NCBI GenBank assembly: GCA_010015585.1
Contig: ML975166.1
From: Eremomyces bilateralis CBS 781.70
Lineage: Eukaryota
DNA: 64,000 nt
Reading direction: 5' to 3' (one strand)
The position numbers and the translations under genes were made by a program. Of this stretch, positions 1 to 13,168 are shown in pieces (within the stretch, counting starts at the first letter, position 1; each line of letters begins with the position of its first letter). Under the pieces are notes generated by a model, which was given only the letters and a program-made list of their open reading frames with translations, had not been told where the DNA came from and made no database searches.

Positions 1-58
1 CGTGAAAGAGGAAGAGGAGGAGGCTGGGCGGGATACGACCGAGGCGACATCTCAATGA
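1..58 (+). CDS. 3' end of a gene truncated by the window edge (VKEEEEEAGRDTTEATSQ*)
   Basis: Acidic, coding-like frame from position 2 ending in TGA at 56-58, convergent with RHO4. Confidence 0.35.
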   Translation, partial: VKEEEEEAGRDTTEATSQ

Positions 59-473
59 AGGCTGCGTTGCTTACGAAATGATACCCCCGAGGCGTGTTCA
101 TGGATCGTCCGATCGCGACGACGGTACGGGCCGGCGTTCTGGTTTGAAAGATTTTGTATCGATTGATGATATGTACGACAGAAACCCATAGTCGTCAGTT
201 CGCATGTCATCCATCCCCAGTCTTACACAGATGCGCCGATGTGACGCCGATAAATATGCACCGCCGAACTGCCCATCCATCCAAACCGCCCGATCATCGA
301 ATGGTCATGCCATCCTCGCACACTGGCCGTCATCGAACTCGTTGGCCATATCCACGTAAACTACGTAAACCAATCGGGTGACTCACCAGGCTCCAACATG
401 GCTGATTAAACTTCCTCCATCAAGGATGAAGCAGCGTGGGAAAGTGTCCAACACTATAACCCAAAGAGGTCGC

Positions 474-1505
474 TCAAAGAATCGTGCACCGCTTGATCTC
501 CCTTCTCCTCCGTCCGCTCGGCCGAACCAACCCTCCCCGCGCCCTATCCCCCGTCTCCCGATCCACATCTCGCTCCGGCCCGCCCGCGTCCTCCTCGCCT
601 ACCGCCAGGCGGACGGCGACGTCGAAGATCTCGGCGACGCCGGTCATCTCCTTGCTGGAGCACTCCATGTAGGTGGCGCCCATCTTCGCGGCGACGGCGC
701 GGCCCTGTTCGGGAGTCACAGGGGTGAGGCCTTGGGTTTTGAGGAGGTCAATGCAGGTTTTCTTGTGGCGAAGATCGGATTTGAGACCGACGAGGATGAT
801 GGGCGTGTGGGGGAGGAAGTGCATGACTTCGGGGTACCACTGGCAAAAGATTTGTTAGTGGTTGGTGATAGGAGGGCGAAGTGCGGTGACGTACCTTGTC
901 CATGACATTCTCGAGACTGTTGGGGCAGTCGATGGCGAAGCAGACAAAGGCGAGGTCCGTCTCTGGGTATGAGAGCGGGCGGAGCCGGTCGTATTCTTCC
1001 TGGCCTGCAGTGTCCCACAGTGCTAACTCGACTGTCTTGCCGGTCGTCGGATGTGGAGTGTGCGTGATATAGTTCTCGAACACAGTCGGAACATATTTCT
1101 GTTGTCATTAGCTCTATGAGCAGTGACGGCAGGATAGTTTCTGTGACGTCTCACCTCTGGGAAGATTCCCGCGCTGTAGCTGATCAACAAGCACGTCTTG
1201 CCGCATCCTCCATCGCCAACCACCACTAGCTTCTTGGAATAAACAGGAGGTTCCGTCAATGAAGTTGTATGGGTAGCGGCAGTATTCGCGGTCGAGGTGG
1301 TGATGGACGAGCTGACCGTCCCGTTGCTCACTCGCTCGCTCGGCGGCCGAACGGGTTTACGGGTAACATTGTTCGAGTCGCCATGGGAAAGGTTGATGCG
1401 CTCGGAGTTCTTCCGCCGCAGATAGTCGTAGTTTTGTGTTCCTTCGACGGACATGGCGGAGAGTGCCCGGCCGCTCGATGGGATTAGTGATGATGGAAAT
1501 GGCAC
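474..1505 (-). CDS. RHO4: Rho4-type small GTPase with N-terminal extension
   Basis: [54 protein letters not shown]-terminal CAAX (CTIL); introns 1099-1154 and 840-894; exact start ATG uncertain. Confidence 0.9.
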
Positions 1506-2451
1506 GTTCTGGGAGAAGAGATGCAGTAATAATCCAATTAATATGGGGGACGGCGTTCAATGGTGGAGGGGTGTCCCAGAAGTGTGCGGAGATGGTGGTG
1601 GTCAGATGGAGACAGTGAAGTGGAATGGTGGAAAGGCAGTGACACCGAAGGTCGCCCGCCCAATAATGGATGTTAGATGACTTGACGCTGGAGTTGCAAG
1701 AGCGACGTGGCTCTCAAGTGTGCGGGATGGAAATTTGGAAAGCGATTCTTAAAGACCAAGAGGTCTGTGCAAATTGAATGTGATAGAGTGAACGGTGAAG
1801 ATGTTCTCGATGTTGACAGCGAAGACCGGAATTGACCAACTGGGGGTCCATCAACATCCCCATAGCAACGGTTGGGGCCTCGTGGGGGGGACGTGGGCCC
1901 CGTAGGATTGCACCAATAACTGGGTGGTATAGGCGCTATAGACGCCATAGACGCGGGGCTTCCATCGCCAAGGCGCTGGGTACGTCGGGGCCCAACCGCC
2001 CAATGGACAATCGATCACTTTAATATCTTTGTCAGCTGATCAGCATGGGCCGTGGATTGCTCTGCAGTAGTACAGAAGTATGTATCGAGGTATGCACCAA
2101 TCCCTATCGTCCAACTGAAGTCACTCAGGGTCTCAAGCCACTCAAGCCACCGTCATTTTCGGGCTCCTCGTCCGCTCATCTCCCGACTCCCGCTCTCCAA
2201 TTCAATATCCGACGCGCATCGCATTTAGCAATCACCACTCCTCCGTTGCTCCTTTCCCAGCACCCGCAGTTCTCTTGGTTGCTCGCTGCGGATGGATTAT
2301 ACCTAGAGCCCTGTGATTCCCCATGCCTTGACTCTCAATTGACCATGTTAACGGTGGATGATCTTACCCCTCCGCCCTGCAGCTTATCAATTTCGGTTTT
2401 TCATTCTCTCCATCGCATTCCTTCTGAAGCGTCCTGTCCTTGAAGCGTATC

Positions 2452-4311
2452 ATGAAGCCAGATATGGATTGTAACCAAGCTAATGGCCATGGTGGGAGAC
2501 TCGATGCGGGCTGCCGTGACATAGACCACTGTATGTACTTGCATCGAGAACTCCACGCTATCTCGTTCGCAGATTCCCTATTGTACTGTCCGATAGACTA
2601 AATCCCTCATCCCCAGATGCATCCCGTCTCCCACGATGGCGATACAAGCTCCGCCAGGCCCTCATCCCCATCATCCGCGCTGAAACCCCCTACCTCGCCA
2701 TGCTCCAACACCACCTCCGATCCCCCAACCTCGACGGCTTCTTCGCCTGGTCTGCCAACCTCGGGACCCACACCGCCTTCATGGTCCTGCTCCCGATATT
2801 CTTCTGGGCTGGCCACACCTCCTTCGGCCGCGCGTATACCCAGATGTTGGCCGCCGGCGTATTCTTCTCTGGCGCCATCAAGGACCTGCTCTGCCTCCCG
2901 CGCCCGCTCTCGCCCCCATTGCGCCGGATCAGCATGTCGGGGAGCGCGGCGCTGGAGTATGGATTCCCGAGTACCCATTCGACGAACGCGGTTTCCGTGG
3001 CGGCGTATGCGCTGGTGCTGATTTGGCGGGCGGCCGAGGAGGGCAGGATATCGAGTCACGCCAGCACAGGCATCCAGCTCCTGATCTGGGGGTATACCTT
3101 CGCCATCGTCTTCGGTCGATTGATTCTCGGCATGCATGGTTTCTTTGATGTCATTGTTGGGTCGCTCCTTGGCTTAGTCATCGCCATTGTACAGATCCAA
3201 TGGGGCGAGGACTTCGAAGTATGGCTCACTGGGCCTTCTCCGATCCCGATTATAACATGTCTGCTCTTGATTCTCTTCTGTGTTCGGATTCATCCCGAGC
3301 CTGCCGATGATTGTCCATGTTTTGATGACGGCGTTGCTTTCGCGGGAGTTATAATCGGGATTGAAGGGGGCATTTGGCATTTTGCAACCACCTCGTATAG
3401 CGTGTCCGAGCCTACACCCGGGACCGCCCCATTTTCTTTTGAGCGTGTCGGGATATTCAAATCCCTGTTGAGAGTCGTTCTCGGCATTGCTTTAATCTTT
3501 GCGTGGCGAGCGACCATGAAACCGATTCTTCTAGGAGGTCTTCCTCCTCTATTTCGGACTTTGGAGCGCGTGGGCTTCGAGATGCCCCGAAGATACTTCC
3601 TCAAGGCCTCGTATGTTGGACTACGTCGATTTATTTCCCGGATCATCCTTGCTGACCATATGCCTTGTACAGTCAATACACCAAAATCCCCTCGACAGCC
3701 TATCTCGACAGCGTGATCCCCTCAGCGTCCGACCTGCCTACCATCATCACGAGCTTCCGGCACCCGCGTCGGCGCGCCGTTTCCATTGGTCCTCAATCCC
3801 AAGCCGACGCATACGAGGCCATCGCCTACCGGCGCATTCGCCGCGAAAGCATGGGCCAATCCCGCACCACCCCGTCGCCCATGCACGCGGCCTCCGCCCA
3901 CCCGTTCGGGCGGCCGAAGTTCGATTCCGTGCACGAGCAGGAGGCGCGCGATGCGAGCGCCGACGACAGCCCAGACGTCGGACGGGAGCGGTCGCGGAGC
4001 TTTGGTGAGACGATCAGACCTGAGATCGAGAAGTATCAGGGGATGATGGGGAGTGTGGCGCCAGAGCAGGAGACGGAGGAGCTGGGCGAGCAGGAGGAGG
4101 AGGCGGCCGATCAGAACATCCTGGCGGGGGTACAGAAGCCGCGGGTCAGGTATGATGTTGAGGTGGTGACGAAGTTGATCGTATATTCCGGTGAGTCTTT
4201 CGCTAGCCAACGCCGTCCACAAACCCACTCATTTTTACTTTAGGGATTGCATGGTTAGCAGTTGAAGGCGGCCCAATCCTCTTCGAAATTCTGGGGCTAG
4301 GGATGTCATGA
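2452..4311 (+). CDS. LCB3: PAP2-family dihydrosphingosine-1-phosphate phosphatase
   Basis: KDLLCLPRP, EYGFPSTHS, GRLILGMHGFFD PAP2 motifs; HPEPADDCPCFDD; RYDVEVVTKLIVYSG; introns 2531-2616, ~3612-3671, 4191-4243. Confidence 0.88.
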
Positions 4312-4462
4312 CTCATGATGGCTATGTATATATTTTGCACGGATGTTCATGTCGCTGTACATATCGAAAGCTGGATTGCGGCACACAGTATTGGCCTGGT
4401 ATATGTATCAACTCCTACTTCGGCCTGCTATCGTTCGACTTCCCAAGTTTCCTGCTCGCAGC

Positions 4463-5524
4463 TCAGCCAATACGTGCGTGCGGCGCCACAGGTACCCCAG
4501 GAATGGACCCTTTCAACGCCGCCTCCAGCTTCTCCCCGTCCGTCCCTCCTATCTCCACGCCCAGGAGCTTTCGTACGTGATCCAACAGCCCCCCTTCCGC
4601 CCGTTCGATCTCCATGTGCCGGCCCTGCCAGCTATAAATCAGCTGCCCATCCCGGCTCGAGTCGGCCATCAAGTTGGCTGTGCTTCTCGCGACCACCTCC
4701 GGCCCCTGCATCATATCACCGAGCGCTACACGCAGTTCTTCGGGGACCAGGCCCGTGGCGGTCCATGAGGGGGCGATGGAGTTGACGCGGATGTTGAACG
4801 GTTTGAGGTGGGGGATGATGGAGCGTTGGAAGCCGAGGACGCCATGTTTAGCGGTCGCTGTGAGACGTTGAGCGGGAATTGCGCACTGGGGGAGAGGTTG
4901 GCTTACTGTAGTCGGGAACGGGGAATTCTTGGAAGCCTAGACGCCAATTATTGAGTAAGCAAATGAGTCGGAGGTGGTAGAGTCAGAGGGACGCACTTGA
5001 CCCGCTGGCAGTGAGCACTACGCTGCCGCCATCGCCATGCTTCTTGATGTAATGAGCAGCGAGACGGACGGTGGAGATCACTCCCAGGAGATTCACGTTC
5101 ACTGTCCTGAAATTCGGTGGAGTAAGGTTCCCGTCACTGTCAACCTCGTCATCAAAGAAGGTGCTGGTCAGCGAGAGGCCCGCGTTGGCGAAGACATGGT
5201 CCACCCGCCCCCACTTCTCGTGGACGTTTTTGAAGATGCTGAGCAGTGATTCCCACGACGTCACGTCCAGCTGCTGGTAAAAGACGCCGGCGGAATCGAG
5301 ACTCGCGGGCAGCGGGTTCCGGTCCCCCATCGCGACGCGTGCACCGAGCGAGACGAGGAGCTCTACGGTAGCCAGACCGATACCTGACGATCCACCTTTT
5401 CACATTGCTCAGCGAGTTGGTTCACGGCATCCATCTTGAGAGATATTGACGCACCGGTGACCAGGACAACCTTGTCCTTTATGCGCGCCAGATCCTCATC
5501 CTTAATAATGAATTCTGACACCAT
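4463..5524 (-). CDS. Short-chain dehydrogenase/reductase (15-hydroxyprostaglandin dehydrogenase-like)
   Basis: Spliced KDKVVLVTG/GSSGIG, DHVFANAG, VNVNLLG, YxxxK (YTATKHGVLG); several short introns. Confidence 0.85.
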
Positions 5525-7042
5525 GTTTGTGGAAGATCCGCAATATCGCTCGTGGGTGGAATAAGTGATGACAAGGGCAACTTCAAAAGTCCGGAAGCAG
5601 AAGAGATGACACCGTTATCGACCGTCGGCCGACCGCCATCATTATAAATAGGGTACTTATACTCAACCCGATGGCCTAGGCACCACGCGGTCGGGCCTAC
5701 CAAACCTTTCACCTCGCTTTGGGGTGAGGTAGTATCGCGACTGAACCCCGCGAATCATCCTGCGGTTAGCCGAAAGGCGGCCCAAGACGACGGACCAAAC
5801 GCGCAAGAAACTTTAGAAAGACTTGGAAGCATAAAATGAATAGACCAAACCATAGATCTACTCAACTTGCGCATCCTGGTAGACGTAGGCTCGGCTTCAA
5901 GTGTTAGTTACTAGAACTTGCTCAGTTGCAGCAGTGCTAACGCTTATTTATCACCAATGCGATGAGAATGGACAATCATGTACTCCAGAGGTAATAAAGC
6001 GGGGAAATCCTTCCCCAGGTCTTAGGTCCAAACGAGTGCGGATAAAAATAACCGCTGGGATTAGCGTGCTGCGTGTCCAGTGTTGGGCAGTTCTACCAGC
6101 TCCAAAGTTCCGAGAGCTCTACCAGAACCACATTTGGAAGTTGATAGTAGAAAATCGGACGTGAACTTGTCATGGCCGACACCAACAAGGCATGAAAACA
6201 GCCAAGCGAAATGGGAATGGAATAGGGGCGACGAAGGTCTTCAATGACGAGGGGAAAACGAATCATTATTTGTTTCGTCCGTCGACGATCGGATATCCAT
6301 AATCTGCAGCTCTTGAACGGAGTCCGTCCATACTTCGGAGATCCAGGGGAGCTCTAAGGACTCAAGAATGAATAGCCAAATAGGCGCTTTTTGATCGGGC
6401 ACTCTACGGCGAAAGTTAGCTGCTGATTGTAACACCACCACGATGGGCAATAATAATGACGGCAAGAATAGGCATGGAGTTGTTGAAAAACCGATGGAGT
6501 TGACATTTGGAGGTCGAGATGCCGCTAGACTATATTGGGTGTGACCTAGACATCAGACCAGACATATCAACCTCATATCGGTGTGCGACCTCGACATGTC
6601 AACTTCCAACTAACGTGATCGAGTCGGAGTCCACGTCTAATAAAACAGAAAATCACACCACTGATCGATGGAAAGCGGCGTATTGTCGTTATAAGTCCGT
6701 CGTCTCTGCTCCGCAACGAATCCTCATACGTAGTAGGGACTCGACGCGACTCGCGCTCCTGTCCGCGAAATCGCGGAGATGTCGCCAGTGTTGCTGGACT
6801 TCAGTATCGGTGGACGGCGGTGCGACTGAGAGCCGTGTAGATCTCCTGTTTCAAGTCGAACATATTATCGTTTTGGATTCCTCAATTCTCAACATGTCCT
6901 TCGAAGTCGTCCTGCATCCCTCTCGCACCGTTGTTAAAGGCCCTCCTCTTCAGTCGTTTTTGCGTCTCTGGCCTGAGGTCTTTCCTTAAGGTCACTTTTC
7001 TTCTTCTATTCTATTCAACTTTGATCGTTCAAGATCGCACCG

Positions 7043-8934
7043 ATGAAGCATATCTCTAGGTCCATTACTTTGGGTTTTGCCCTTGCTGGTGCAGCAACGG
7101 CGGGCGTCCAAGAACAACAGGTTATCCCGCCTCAACATGTCATTTCACCAGAATCATCTTGCTCCGAGACACAGGAAGGAGCCTTCACGCGTAAGTATAG
7201 GCCTCCATCCCCCGTATTCCGTGAAATTTAGCCATCTCCCTTGAATGGTACATGAACGGAGCTGACAGTACTCGAAGAGCATGGATTCGAAGACTGCCTG
7301 GCGAAGCAGGCGATGTCCATCTTTTACCCCGAAGATGAAGAGTACGCACCAATGATCTACCCTTACAATCTCCGAATTCCCATATACCCGAAAGCCGTGG
7401 TGGTGCCTGAAGATGCACAGGGCGTGTCATTAGCAGTGCGATGCGGGCACCAATGCGGACTGAAGGTGCAACCTCGATCAGGGGGCCACTCATTCGGCAA
7501 TTTTGGGCTGGGCGGAAAAGACGGCCAGCTGGTTATCAGCATGCAGAACTTCCAGGACGAGATCGAAATCGACGAACAGGGCATCGCCAAGGTCGGTACC
7601 GGTTACAGGCTCGGGAACGTTGCGCTCTCTATATATGAGAAGGGGAAGAGGGTTCTTGCTCATGGCACATGTCCCGGCGTTGGTGTTGGTGGTCATTTCA
7701 CTCACGGTAAGCTCGTCTACTATCTTTCCAATGATATGTGCTCATTTTCTTAGGCGGTAATGGATACTCAAGCCGCCGATATGGTCTTGCTGTGGACCAG
7801 ATTGTTGGTCTCGACGTTGTCACCGCGGATGGCGCCATCGTTTATGCCAGCGAGAAGCAGAATCGCGAGCTTTACTGGGTACTTAGCTCCCAAATTCTAT
7901 CGTAGAAGCCCGTCTAATCATTCCAATAGGCTCTTCGTGGCGCCGCTGACTCTTTCGGAATCATTACAACATTCTACCTTCAAACCAGTCCAGCCCCCGA
8001 GAATGTCGTCTGGTACTCAATTCGTGCCAATATGGACATCCTCAAGAATGAGACCCAATTTGTGCACTACTTCGAGCACATGCAGAACTTCGCGCAGAAT
8101 GCTACTATCGTCGACCGCAATCTGGGCATGGGCATGTACTATGACAACTGGAACCACCACTTGTACGGAACCTACTTTGGCTCCGAGGAACACTTCCGAG
8201 AGAACATCTGGCCGTCCATGCGGGATGCATATCTTCTGGAACCCCAGTCAATCGTCATCGCCTCTGTCAGCTGGCCCGAGTCGCTCCAGAACTTAGCAGA
8301 GAAAGTCCCGCTCCAGCAGCCGAAGTTCGGATATGACATGGCATCCAACTTCCATTCGACCGCCCTCACCATCCCCAGCACGAACTTGGTCACCCGCGAT
8401 GCCTGGGTCAACTACTTCAACTACATCCAGACCCTTCCCAACATCGCCGACGACGGCGTCGGCTGGTTCGGAATGTTGGGTCTCGAAGGGGGTCCGGATT
8501 CCCAAGTCCAGCGGAAAGATCGCGACGAAAACTTCGCCGCCTACCACCGCAAGGACAAGTTCTGGGACTTCCTCCACTATTCGTACGTGCCCGATGAGAC
8601 CACACCGCAAGACTTCCCGCTCTGGTCGATTGAAGTTGCCGACGGCCTCACGGCGGCGATTATGGACGCCATGCCCAGTGCGGAATTTGGCATGTACATG
8701 AACCATGTGGACCCCACGTTGAACAAGGAGGAGGTTATCAAATATTATTACGGCGGCGAGACGCTGTACACGCGGTTGCAGAAGGCAAAAGCGGTATGGG
8801 ATCCCGAGGAGGTGTTCTGGAATCCACAGAGCATTGCACCCGCGCCTCGCTCCAGGTCTGGCTGGTCCAAACTGGGGCTGGGGAACGTTTTCCGCACTCT
8901 GCAAATTGCTCCTTCGATCGTTCCGGAGCTTTAG
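7043..8934 (+). CDS. Secreted FAD-linked oxidoreductase, BBE-like / CAZy AA7-like
   Basis: Signal peptide MKHISRSITLGFALAGAATA; RSGGHSF (His-FAD) and GTCPGVGVGGH (Cys-FAD); C-terminal BBE region YYGG...RLQKAKAVWDPEEVFWNPQSI; three introns (from ~7191, 7707, 7879). Confidence 0.85.
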
Positions 8935-9400
8935 GTGCAGAGTCCTTTCCTTTCAGACGAGGTAATGGATTAATCGGGGGTGAGGTTTTAGGGGGCTTTT
9001 GACATGCATTCAACGGCCGGGGCTTTGATCCTCAGTATTATACGGAATTCCATAGATGTAGTAACGGTGTCTTGATTTTGGAATGACGGATCTGAGACAA
9101 CGTATAATAGATCAATTCCTTAAATGCCGACTGGTGCCATTAACTTCTGATGGCTGCACGTGTAAAATATAACAGTAACGGCAGCAAGGAACCACAGCCA
9201 ATCAGAAGCCGAGACGGTTGGAGAGACGTCGTCATTCCGCCACACGCAATCTTCCCCGTTCCCGCTTGACAGCTTGAGCTTCGAGTTCACTGGTAGCTAA
9301 TACTGTTCACCCTCACATCCTTATCACTTCACATGCGAAACTAAATACTTCTTCTTCCCGCGTAAATCGAATTTACCGTGAAGTTGCATCAACATCCACA

Positions 9401-10884
9401 ATGTCCGAGAAACCTACTGAGAAGCCGGTATGTCTCTCTCTGTTCCCTGATGCGACGGAATTTGTGGTCTGACTTCTAGTCCAGGCTCCAGGCTCCGGCC
9501 GAGAATCGCCACGAACAGCACGGGATCCCGATTTCGACGATGACCCGGAAGAGATTGTCGCAAGCGCTCCAGCATTCGCCCTCGCGCCCGCCGCCTCCGA
9601 ACCTAAACCGAAACCCAGGGTGAGCTTTGCCGACGAGGAGCAGCCACCCGTGAAGCCACCCCGACCCGTCAGCCCGCAGGCTCAGGCGGAGGCGACATTG
9701 GTAGAAGCCTTTCCGAGCGTCGATACGAAGGTCGTCCAAGCGGTGTTGCGCGCCAGTGGTGGGAAGATGGAGCCGGCATTCAACGCCTTGCTGAGTTCGT
9801 ATGCGCTGCTTCGTGTCCGGCCCCGATGCTGACCAGTATACAGGCATGTCCGATCCGAATTACCAGGATGAGCCAGCACCTCTACGACAGCCTCCGCGGC
9901 CCACACAGGCACGGACACAGTTGGAAGCAGACGAGTTGTATGCACGACAGTTGGCAGAACACTATCAGTCGCAAGGACATGAAGGATTCGGATCACGGGG
10001 GAGAGGCGACCCTCCCATGCCTAGGGGAAGGCAGGAATCGGGATTGAAACCCAACGAGATGTACGATGACAGGGATCACAGCTTCTTCGACGGTAAATGG
10101 CATCGGTTGCATGTGGCGGTGATGCAACTGACAGTTCTTAGATGATCTACCCGTCATCCGCGAAAACATTCGAAAGGGCTTCGTCGAGACGCAGTCATGG
10201 TTCAACAAGACCATCTCCGATTTAAAGAAGAAGATGGACGGCGAGGACGACGACGACCTGGACCGGCCCGGTGCAGCTTACCAGCGACAGAACTACGGCC
10301 CTTCGCAGTCGGACCAGATGCGCGGGATCCGGAGGAGCGCCGAGACTCGGGGAAGCGGTGACAGGCATCGCTACGACGCGGATCCGAGGGTATTGGACGA
10401 CGATTTCACGGCCCTTGAGCTTCGAGATGATGAGCGTATGTTCCCTCACTTTGTATTCCGTTTTTAGTTGTTAACCGTCGATACAGATCCGCCTCCCAAG
10501 CCTGCCCGCCCGCTTGCGAATCCCGACCTCTTCAAACCTACCCCCGCCGCTCCGCGTCCCGGTCCCGTCGACGAAATCGACGCCATCTACGGCCAACCGA
10601 CGCGAGATCCCTCGCCGGGGGTGGGCAAGACGAAGAAGTGGCAGCCTCTCACCTCGGTCGCGCCGAATCCGGAGGGGGATAACGATCCGTTCAGCCTAGG
10701 GGACAGCGACGAGGAGGAGGCTAAGACGAAGGATCTGAAGCAGGAGGATACTGAGAGGCTGAAGAAGTCGGCGTCAGCGTCCGTTTCAGAAGGAACGGGA
10801 GCCGAGTTGCCGAAGTTGGAGAAGGCGGAGACGTCGGGGACGAAAGATAAGGATGCGGAGGAGCTATTGAAGAACAAGACCTAG
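9401..10884 (+). CDS. CUE5: CUE-domain ubiquitin-binding protein (Cue5-like)
   Basis: LVEAFPSVDTKVVQAVLRASGGKMEPAFNALL CUE domain; QLEADELYARQL; DDLPVIRENIRKGF; four introns. Confidence 0.85.
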
Positions 10885-11225
10885 GGTTGGGACGGTTTCA
10901 CATCCTAACGTTGCAGACCGTGACGATGCTGTAGAATGTACCTGATCGTTGCAACGTGTGACGAATAGGGTGTGCGAAAGTGGAGAGAATTGTTGCTGCA
11001 CTAGCACTCAGGTTCCTTATCTTACCTAACCAATCGTGTCATTGAAGCGTTGAAGTTGAACGAGATAGGTAGTTCCGCGTCAAATTTCCATATTGGGTAT
11101 GGCTCGTCTTTCCTATCAGTAACGGACCGCCCGCATCTCGACAATCCATCAGGTGCATTTGAACTCAGCAACTTTGTCGTTCCTAAAAGACCAATGTGTC
11201 ATAGACCGATGAAGCACTCGCGATA

Positions 11226-13168
11226 ATGATCCTCTCGTCTGTACTTGTTTTTGCAGCCATTGCTCATGGCAGGGAGATCGTGTTTCCTCCTCTGCTAGAC
11301 ATCACCCAGAATGACCAATTGTTCAAGAGCTTGGAAGGCGCAGGGCAAGATTCAGGCTTCGGTGTTGCGATCGCTGGTCTGCCAACCTATGCGAATTTGC
11401 CATTTATAAACTGTGCAGCCAAGGACGGCGACGATGTGTTCGACATTGGAATCCTTGGGGCAGGTTTTGATACTGTGAGGCCATCTCCCCTCCACTCCAT
11501 TTTCGTATCGCCGTCATTAGAAACATGAGACCAGATGTCATTATGGAAGATTACTGAAGTCTTGTCGCGCATCGCGTTTCTCTCTTCCATATTACCTTCA
11601 TTCCATGCTGCGTTCCGTTCATCTCCCACAGGCGGGAAACATAGTGCTAACTCAATCTCAGGGCGTAACTGCCCGGCCTGGCACTCGCTTCGGCCCCGAT
11701 GGCATACGGCAGGGCTCAAGGCGCATGAGCGATAGCATTTGGAGCATCTATACCGGTACCCGCCTCCCCTTTCGTCAAAGTGTTCAAGCAGGCATCGGGC
11801 CTGATCCGGATCATCTGGTTTTCCCCTGAGCGGGTGCCCGCGTGTTGGTTTTGTGTGACAGTTGCCGCCCATTGTTCTTGTGCATGACTAGGGGATGTTA
11901 TCTAAAGGTTAACTGCAGGCAAAAATACTTTCCGCGACTGGGCCCGGATCGTCGACTGCGGGAACGCGCCGTTGACGTATCTGGTGAGTCATACCCGGCG
12001 GAGCCCCATTGGAGAACAACACTGATGTATATGGTACGGAAAGGACAATACGGTAGCGTTGAAGCAATTGCAGCTTTCGCACAAGGCAAGTAGCCGATTC
12101 GCTTGGGGACGTGCTGATGGGGATAAGCGAGACTGATATGTGGATAGGCCATCTCAGCGAGAAGGACCAGTTCCAGCGAATATACTACCCCGAGGATATT
12201 GACTCTGGGTGGAGATCATACAACCACTCTCCCGGCGTTAAGATCGGCTTATCAGAAGTTTGGACAAGTCAGCGTAATACATTTCGATTCGCATCTCGGT
12301 AGGTCAATAGAATCGTTGCACCCTGCCAGGACAATATTGATTCTGACATTGGGAAGATACCTGGGATCCTAAGGTGCTAGGTGAGTAGACTCCTGGAAAT
12401 CCAAATCATGACTAGACTGATCAAAGGTTCTACATCTTGCAGGAGGCGGAATCTCGCATTATGCGTACGTGTGCAGAACTCTCGACTGGTGTAACCACCC
12501 TAACATGTCAAACAGCGGCGTCAACCACGGAACCTTCCTCCACATCGCACACGAAGAAGGCCTCATTGGCAACAGTTCGATCCACGTCGGCATCCGAGCG
12601 CCCGTCTTGCGTCCGAAAGGAGACGTCCGAAATGACATCCGATGCGGCTTCGACATGATCAAAGCGCGTGACCTCGACCGAATCGGCGTCCAAGGGGTGG
12701 TTGACAAAATTAAGGAAAGAGTCGGAGCGAATAAGGTCTACATTAGCGTGGATATTGATGTACTTGATCCCGCGTTTGCTCCAGGTGAGTTGTCTGGGGA
12801 GAATTGCCGAGCACTTAAAGAGTCGAAGGCTTGAAATGGGATTGATCTGTTGAGGAGTACTAGTAACTGACATGTTTCGCAAACAGGAACCGGGACAGCA
12901 GAGGCAGGCGGTTGGTCGACCAGGGAGCTGCTCACGATCCTCGATGCGCTCTCTGGCCTGGAGGTGGTTGGGGGAGACGTCGGTAAGCTTTCCTCCTGTC
13001 CGCTGCCTAGATTGCTTGAATTAACGTTGTCTTCCCCCAGTCGAGGTGGCCCCGATCTATGACAACGCTGGTGAAACCACAATCATTGCTGCAGCCGAAG
13101 TCGCGCACTCGTTGCTGCAGTTGATGGTGGACCAGCCAGTAAAGAGTCTACGTGCCACAAATGAGTAG
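11226..13168 (+). CDS. Ureohydrolase (agmatinase/guanidinobutyrase-like, arginase family) with signal peptide; 10 exons
   Basis: Spliced motifs [60 protein letters not shown]; 9 introns including a GC-AG intron at 12086-12147. Confidence 0.88.

Noticed and set aside
5720..7000. ORFs 5901-6164, 6241-6465 and 6507-6989 between the SDR and the BBE oxidase
   Set aside because: No recognisable motifs and non-ATG starts; most simply the divergent promoter region
4463..8934. SDR + BBE oxidase as a secondary-metabolite cluster
   Set aside because: No PKS/NRPS/terpene synthase, transporter or regulator nearby, and the pair is flanked by housekeeping genes
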